Positions 56,706 through 64,000 of a stretch of DNA of 64,000 nucleotides are shown piece by piece (position 1 is the first letter of the stretch; each line of letters begins with the position of its first letter). A program made the position numbers and the translations under genes. Source of the DNA: the human T2T-CHM13v2.0 reference genome, Homo sapiens; assembly GCF_009914755.1 (NCBI RefSeq), contig NC_060926.1. One strand, 5' to 3'. Below the pieces are notes generated by a model. The model ran no database searches and had not been told where the DNA came from. It saw only the letters and a program-made list of their open reading frames with translations.

Positions 56706-58499
56706 GATGGGCTTTTTTTTTTTTTTTTAATTATTTTGATTTCAGTACCTCCTTCCAGCTCCCTCAAAGCATCCAAGATGCTTATTCTAGCATGGAACAT
56801 GTAACATTTTATATTCAGAAATTTTTAAAAATGTCTTTTAAGTGACAACAGTGCAATATATTCTTGTACGAAAACAAACACAAAGTTCCCTGTCTCAACT
56901 CTCCTCACTGTCACCTGCTCCCCACAGAAAACCACTGTTACAGTTGAATGTGTCCCTTAGATATTATCTGTACATAAACAGATGTTTATACATCATCTTA
57001 GACACATGGGATTGTATGAGATAAATATTTTTTTGCAACCTATCTTGTTTCACAGTAGAAGGAGAGCGTTCAGCAGATGAAGATCCACCCCATTCTTATA
57101 AATGGGTGCATTATATATGGGTGTTCCATAATTTAATTCTGCTGTTAGTGGACATTTAGGCGATTTCTCATTATTGCAACACTAGCAAGGCTGTGGTAGA
57201 TATAATGTATCTGTATCACTGAGGGCTTGCACCAGTACCTGCAGCTTTTTCAAATGGGAGATGAGGGAGTTGGGGAAGAAAACACCTTTACAATGATGGT
57301 TATAACTGGCCTATCGATGTATGCATGTGTGTGTGTGTGTGCATGGTATGAGGGTCCCTCGCTGTGTAGACACAGTGCTGTCCCTCAACTCACATGAATG
57401 AGGGAGACAAGGAAGCAATCAAGTCCAGACAGGCCACCAACACATCAATTCTTGCTGTAGATGGTAGTTTGCCATTTTGCTCAGCACCACCAGCACTGTA
57501 TCAGGAGTGTCAAATGGCCCTGCTGGCCAAAGGCTACAATCAACAGGGTGGTAAGGAAGATGGCTAGACACGAAACTGCACTTGCCCAGTGGTGGAAGCA
57601 CTGAGGGGGCCAGAGTCAACCTCCACCTATTTGGATCTTGAGAATCAGGCCCCTGAGTGTGATGATGGCCAGATTTGGGGGTGTACTGCTTTAAAATAGA
57701 CTAGTTCCATCTTAGTCTCACGGAAATCAGCTTGGGGGCCTTCTAGCCCTGCAGCTCAGAAAAGTGTCAGCCAGTGGGGTGGCAGCCCCTTTGTACAGAG
57801 CACCATGGGGGTTGGGGTAGGGAGGATAAGGCAACATGTCAAACCCATCAAGGAGGCTTTGTGACCCCAGTGATATTTTTTGCAGAACGTGGTGGATTTT
57901 CGATGTGACCACAATGACATCCGCCTTGCAGTGGCAGAACAGATGCAATTGCACAAGTTCTGGAGAAACTTTCTGTAGACCAGGTGTGCAGAGGGCTGGG
58001 TTGGGCCTGTCCATCACTGCCAGGTAAGTTCCCAAACCCCACACTGTAGCACTGACTTGGGATGGCATGAAGAAATGTGAATGACTGCACTCCTTTAAGC
58101 AAGCCCCTTATTTAAAAAAATATCCAGAAGTAGATAGAGTAAGATAGTAACCAGTTTCTATGCTGATTTAAACTGGTCCATGGAAATGGAAAACTTTAAT
58201 GTAGATTAAAGACATATTCAAAATGCAAAACCGGGCAGAGCAGTGGTAGGAAATCCATCAGGGTTCTGTGCCACTGCTCCTAAGACATGAACTGCAGGGA
58301 CAACTTGGAATCATGGCTGGGAAATTGCCTGCTGTGTCCCCATCGCCAATTCAGGTCTATGGAGATGTTACTGTTCTTGGAAGGAGTTAGCTTGTCCAGG
58401 GCTAGAAACTCTAGAGTTATCAGGGCTTGTTTTATCTTAATTGGAAATACCAATCAATTTGGCCTCACTTCTGTCACCTTTCTTTTCCTCCACCCCGAG

Positions 58500-59150
58500 T
58501 TCCCCAAGTTCATCTAGCTGCTGTCCTTCTTTCCTGGACTTTTGCAATGGCCTCTTAACTGGCCAACCCCATTTCTGCTCTGGTCCCTTCTAGAGAAAAT
58601 CTCATCATGCCAACCCCCTGCTTCAACCTGAAAGGACTTCCTGGTGTCCCTAGTAGAATGTCGGGGATCCCTAATGTTGCCTGTGAGGCCCTGCACACTT
58701 GGTTTCATAGTCTCTGTCCTCTTGTCTGTCACCTTCTTCACTCCTCCTAGGTTCCGCATCTCTCATTTCTCAAGCGGACCCTAGTCCTTTCCACTTCAGA
58801 GCCATTAAACATGCTATTCCCTCAGCCAAGAATGTTCTCACCTCTGCTCTCTGCTTACCAAACTCCTCTCCCTTAAGACCCAGCTCAAGCATCTCCTTCC
58901 TGTGGGGTTTAGCTCCTTCCCCCTCCCACTCCCAGACAGTACAGACCACATCCTTCTCTTCTCTGTGTCACCCGGACCTTGGGTATCTGCAGACTGGAGC
59001 ACAATGGTTTGTTTGCCTGTCCAGCTTGACAACCAAACCCTTGGTCCCTTGAGGAAGGAGCCTTGTCCCTCTCATGTTTACACCAGGGTGCCAAACAGAG
59101 GGCTTGGCACACACTTGAGTGGCACACACTCAAGAAATTCTTGCTCAGTA
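58500..59150. mobile_element. L2 fragments
   Basis: L2-like 3' motifs (catgctattccctcagcc...; cccagctcaagcatctccttcc; cttggcacac). Confidence 0.55.
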
Positions 59151-59899
59151 AAAGCTAAAGGAAGGTAGAAGTAGGGTACAGCAGACCAGAGGAGGCTTAG
59201 ATAGTTCATTCCAAGTAAGAGTGGTCAGGAAAGGCTTCACATATAGTTGGGTTTGAAGATAAAGGAAGAATTAGGAGAGAGGTTGTTTAGAATGAGGCAT
59301 TTGATATGTCTGATCAAGATCAGCTGATACCATGCTTTAACATATAGCAATGGTATAGTTAAAAACAAAAGAAGAGGAGGAAGGGGAGAAGGCAGATGTA
59401 CTCAAAAGCAAGATAAACGTCTTCAAGGATGTAGTTGCAGGACAATGGCTGGAATCAGGGGCTGGCTTGCTGGGATCTGTTCTTAGCAAACCATTCTTGG
59501 GCCTGGGTCTTGAGGGTCTGTTCTTAGTGTAGAGGCACCAAGAGTTTGACTCCTTCAGCTAACAGAGTTTCACAGTGCTTTGCCTATAGAGGAAGGCTGG
59601 AGCCAGGCTCTCTGCTTGAAACAGGGATTTGGATCTGATTTTCTCTTGATTGAAAGAGAGCCCACAGCCACCCATGTAAGGCCTAGTTCTGACTGTGGGC
59701 CCTGGAAAGTCAGAGGCTACTTTAAAAAACTCAGGAAAAGAGAGAGTAAAGAGAGGAAGAGATTTTCAAAAATTTCTATTCAAGATAACCCTGCACACAC
59801 ACTCGAAATTCAAAGTATACATAAAAAAGACTCAACAAGTGGAATGTGAATTCACTTCCAAAAAGAGGCAAATTATTGAACAATTTGAAAAATGTTTAA

Positions 59900-60340
59900 A
59901 ACAAAGAGAACAACAAATGTAGAAAATGCAGAAATTAAAGAAGAACAGTTGAAGATGATAAATACTGAGCATACTGGAAATGAACACTCTACATATTAAA
60001 CAAGGATATACTCTAGGTTGGACATAGTTGAAGGGATAATTAATGAATTGGAAGCTAGCATTGAGAAATTCATAGAGAATGCAACACAGGGAGATGAAGA
60101 CAGAAGCAGTTTGAAAAAGCTGTTGAGATGTATATTAGCATGGTGAAGTGTTTAATAGGATTTCAGAAAGGGGAGAACAAAGGGAATGTGGAGAAGAAAT
60201 ATGGGAAGAAAGCATGGCTGAAAATTTTTCACAATTAAAGACAAACATTCTCAGATCAAAAATACTCTTAGTGCCAAGTATAAAAACATATACATCTTTG
60301 CACATATCAAGGTGAATTATAAACATCAAGAGTAAAGAGA
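59900..60340 (+). mobile_element. Ancient L1/HAL1 ORF1-like fragment
   Basis: A-rich; ataattaatgaattggaag...atggctgaaaatttttcacaatt ORF1 motifs. Confidence 0.6.
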
Positions 60341-60517
60341 AGAGGGCATCCCAGGAAGCTAGGATGTTTGAAATATAATTGGGAGAATCCTTGTTGCAGT
60401 TTGGATTGGGCAGAGAGGGTAAGAAGCTGAACTGTAATGGGGAAAAATATACACATTTTGGTTACACCTTGCATTGACTCTCTGTCATCCCCTCCCTTGG
60501 TGCTGACACATGCTTAC

Positions 60518-61018
60518 TGTAAAACTGATCCAATGATCCCATAGACTTGATGTTTGTGGTTTCTTTGAATAAACATATAAATTGATCCTTGCCTTCTTAA
60601 AACCTGAGAAAGTTACATTTGTCTTATCTGAGTTCCTTTCTAGGGAAACCAACTATCAGGCCTCCCAGATGGTAGCAATGAGCTGAAACTCACCAGATCA
60701 CTTATTATGAACAATAAGACGTCAGACTCTTCACCTGGTATGATGGCCTAACTAACCTCCTGTTTCCTGTTGTCCAACTCCTTTTCCTTACTCCTCCCAA
60801 CTTCCTGTTTTCCCACACATGATTACATGTCTTCCCTGCTATATAAACCCCTTAATTTTAGTCAGGTCAGAGGGATGGATTTGAGACTGATCTCCTATCT
60901 CCTTGGCTGCAGCACCTGACTAAATTCTTCTTCCTTGGCAATACTTGTTGTCTCAGTGATTGGCTTTCTGTGAGGTGAGCAGAAGGACCTAGATGGATCC
61001 CCCGGTGTTTCGGTAACA
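60518..61018 (+). mobile_element. Solo ERV LTR (LTR47-like; subfamily uncertain)
   Basis: TG...CA ends, TATATAAA at 60840, recalled 3' end tctcagtgattggctttctg...ggtgtttcggtaaca. Confidence 0.7.
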
Positions 61019-62067
61019 AAATTGTTTTGGATCTTTAATCTCAGTAACACTGAAACAGAAGCGTTCTGAATGCAACTGGAGAGCCAGGATTTGAGTTCAG
61101 AAGAGGGGTCAGGGCTGGGGATGTAGCCTTGGGAAGGAGGTGATAAGTTGTGAGAGTGGGTGTCATTGCAAAGGGAGGTGGTGTGGAAAGAACATACAGA
61201 AGAGTATATGGAACCTTCAGGGAAGGCTCGTATTGAAGAGCAGGAAATAAAACATTGGCAAGGAATCCAGGTAGTGCAGGAAATTCAGAATGGGGCTTGA
61301 GAAGGTGGAAGAACTTCACAGGGGAGGTTTGGGCTATAAGAGAAGCACAGAGAGGACATCAAAGCCTGTGGCAGGTAGAGATTGTAAGCTCATGTCTGCC
61401 CCTGACCCACATGAGGATGTCCCACATGTTTGCCATTGGTGGATGATAAGATGAGGAGGACTCACAGGAGAAAGGCCAACAAGGGAGGGTAGGGGCAGCA
61501 TGGGGACTTGTGGAGGGCAATGTCAGATGAAGTGATGTTGACTTCTGAACTTCATTCATTATTCACTCATTTAAATATTTCTGCTATTCACTTTTTTAAA
61601 AAAAAGTTTTGAAAACATTTTAACATAGAACAATATGTCAAATAATATAAAATGCCCACTCTTTATAAGTGTTAGCATTTTGTCGCATTTCCTTCACATG
61701 AACATTACAGATAAAACTGTACCCTCCCAAGTACCACCCCACCCGCCTTCTCATGAAAAGCTAAATTTGGAGTTTTGTTCATTAATTATGACAGAAAGAT
61801 GGTAAGTTTTTTAATTTTTAATCTGTTAACCTTTCCTATGGAGCTGAGAGAGAAGGATGCCGAATGTCCAATGAGTGTGGATTTGTCTATTTCTCCTTTT
61901 AATTCAGTTCATATTTTGTCTCCTATATTTTGAAGCTTTGTTATTAGGTGCATACACATTTAGAATTGTGCCTTCTGGATGAATTCACTCTTTTATCATT
62001 ATGAAATGTTTGTCTTTACCTCTGCCTCTGGTAATACTTTGTTGTGAAGTCTACCTTTTATTCATAA

Positions 62068-62728
<661 letters not shown>

Positions 62729-63381
62729 TGCATAATGTATCTTTTTCTATCCATTTACTTTCAACTTCCCCTTCTCTGTTTTGAAATGTTTACTAGATAT
62801 GTATACATGTATATGTGTATATATATCTATAAATGCTATATAATTTTATTTTCTGAGAGTTTCAAAATACAGAAATGTCATCATATTGTGTGTCTTTGAG
62901 CTATGTTGATACATATAGATTTATTTTAAATGCTGTGTGGTGTATTATCCTGTGAATGTGCCACAGTTTCATGTTCAGTGGTTCTTGAACCAGAGTGTTC
63001 ATCTCTCTGGAAGTATATGGAGGCTGTCCTTGGGGATACACATAATTTTAAGGAAATTGTTTTCCAGATTCTCAACTCCCATTGGTTCTCTTCTCATAAA
63101 ATGGACCTGCCCAAGAACAAGTCCCTGTGTTTAGGCTTTGTGCTCGTTCTCCTTTCTGGCCTATTCTTTCATGATTATTTTATTTCCCACTTTAAAACTG
63201 AAAGGCAAACTTCCCGCCCTCCTGTTCCTTACTATGCTCCAGAGGTGGGCACGTAATCCTCTGGGCCACCAATAAAAAGACAAATCCAAACATTTTTCAT
63301 GTAATTTCCATCCGTTAGAAATTGCCAAAGAATGCATTTCTCCTGAGCAGAGTCCCCAGTATCCAGGTAGAGTCATCTGGG

Positions 63382-63736
<355 letters not shown>

Positions 63737-64000
63737 TCATCCCTCTACTCAGCTCTCTATCATCGAGCTAGAATTCAGAGGTGAGACAGTCATTATGAGG
63801 ATGCATATTAACGTGTTCATTATGATTACAAAAGGAATCAGAATTCTTTTTTTTTTTTTTAACAGAAATTAAGTCTGAGTTGTTAATTGGTTTGACATTG
63901 AAGACCAGCTTTGCCAATGAGGTTAATGGCAGTATTTTAACTTTCCTTGAATCTAGTGAGCTAAATCTTTAGCTCCAAGGTTTTGATGAGAATCAAGTTT

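Noticed and set aside
57595-57790. CTCF-like motifs upstream of CD8A
   Set aside because: Only partial matches by eye; needs a PWM scan or ChIP data

Overview
Human (primate) genomic DNA, recognisable as the RMND5A-CD8A locus (chr2p11.2). The + strand carries RMND5A coding exons 2-9 (GID/CTLH E3 ligase RING subunit; exon 1 lies upstream of the window) and a ~4.4-4.6 kb 3'UTR. The - strand carries the complete six-exon CD8A CDS (708 nt, 235 aa) with its CpG island and promoter, convergent with RMND5A. The rest is intronic or intergenic and dense in Alu, L1, L2, MIR, LTR and DNA-transposon fossils; nearly all ORFs in the supplied track are repeat-derived or GC-rich artefacts. I found no confidently new biological system. 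The best leads are a Tigger13-like fossil that keeps transposase coding sequence, a micro-inversion inside a MER21 LTR, a candidate poison exon and a candidate 3-nt microexon in RMND5A, a miR-138/RBFOX/alternative-polyA cluster in the RMND5A 3'UTR, and an upstream in-frame CD8A AUG that may depend on promoter choice. Repeat subfamily names come from memory of consensus sequences and repeat boundaries are approximate.
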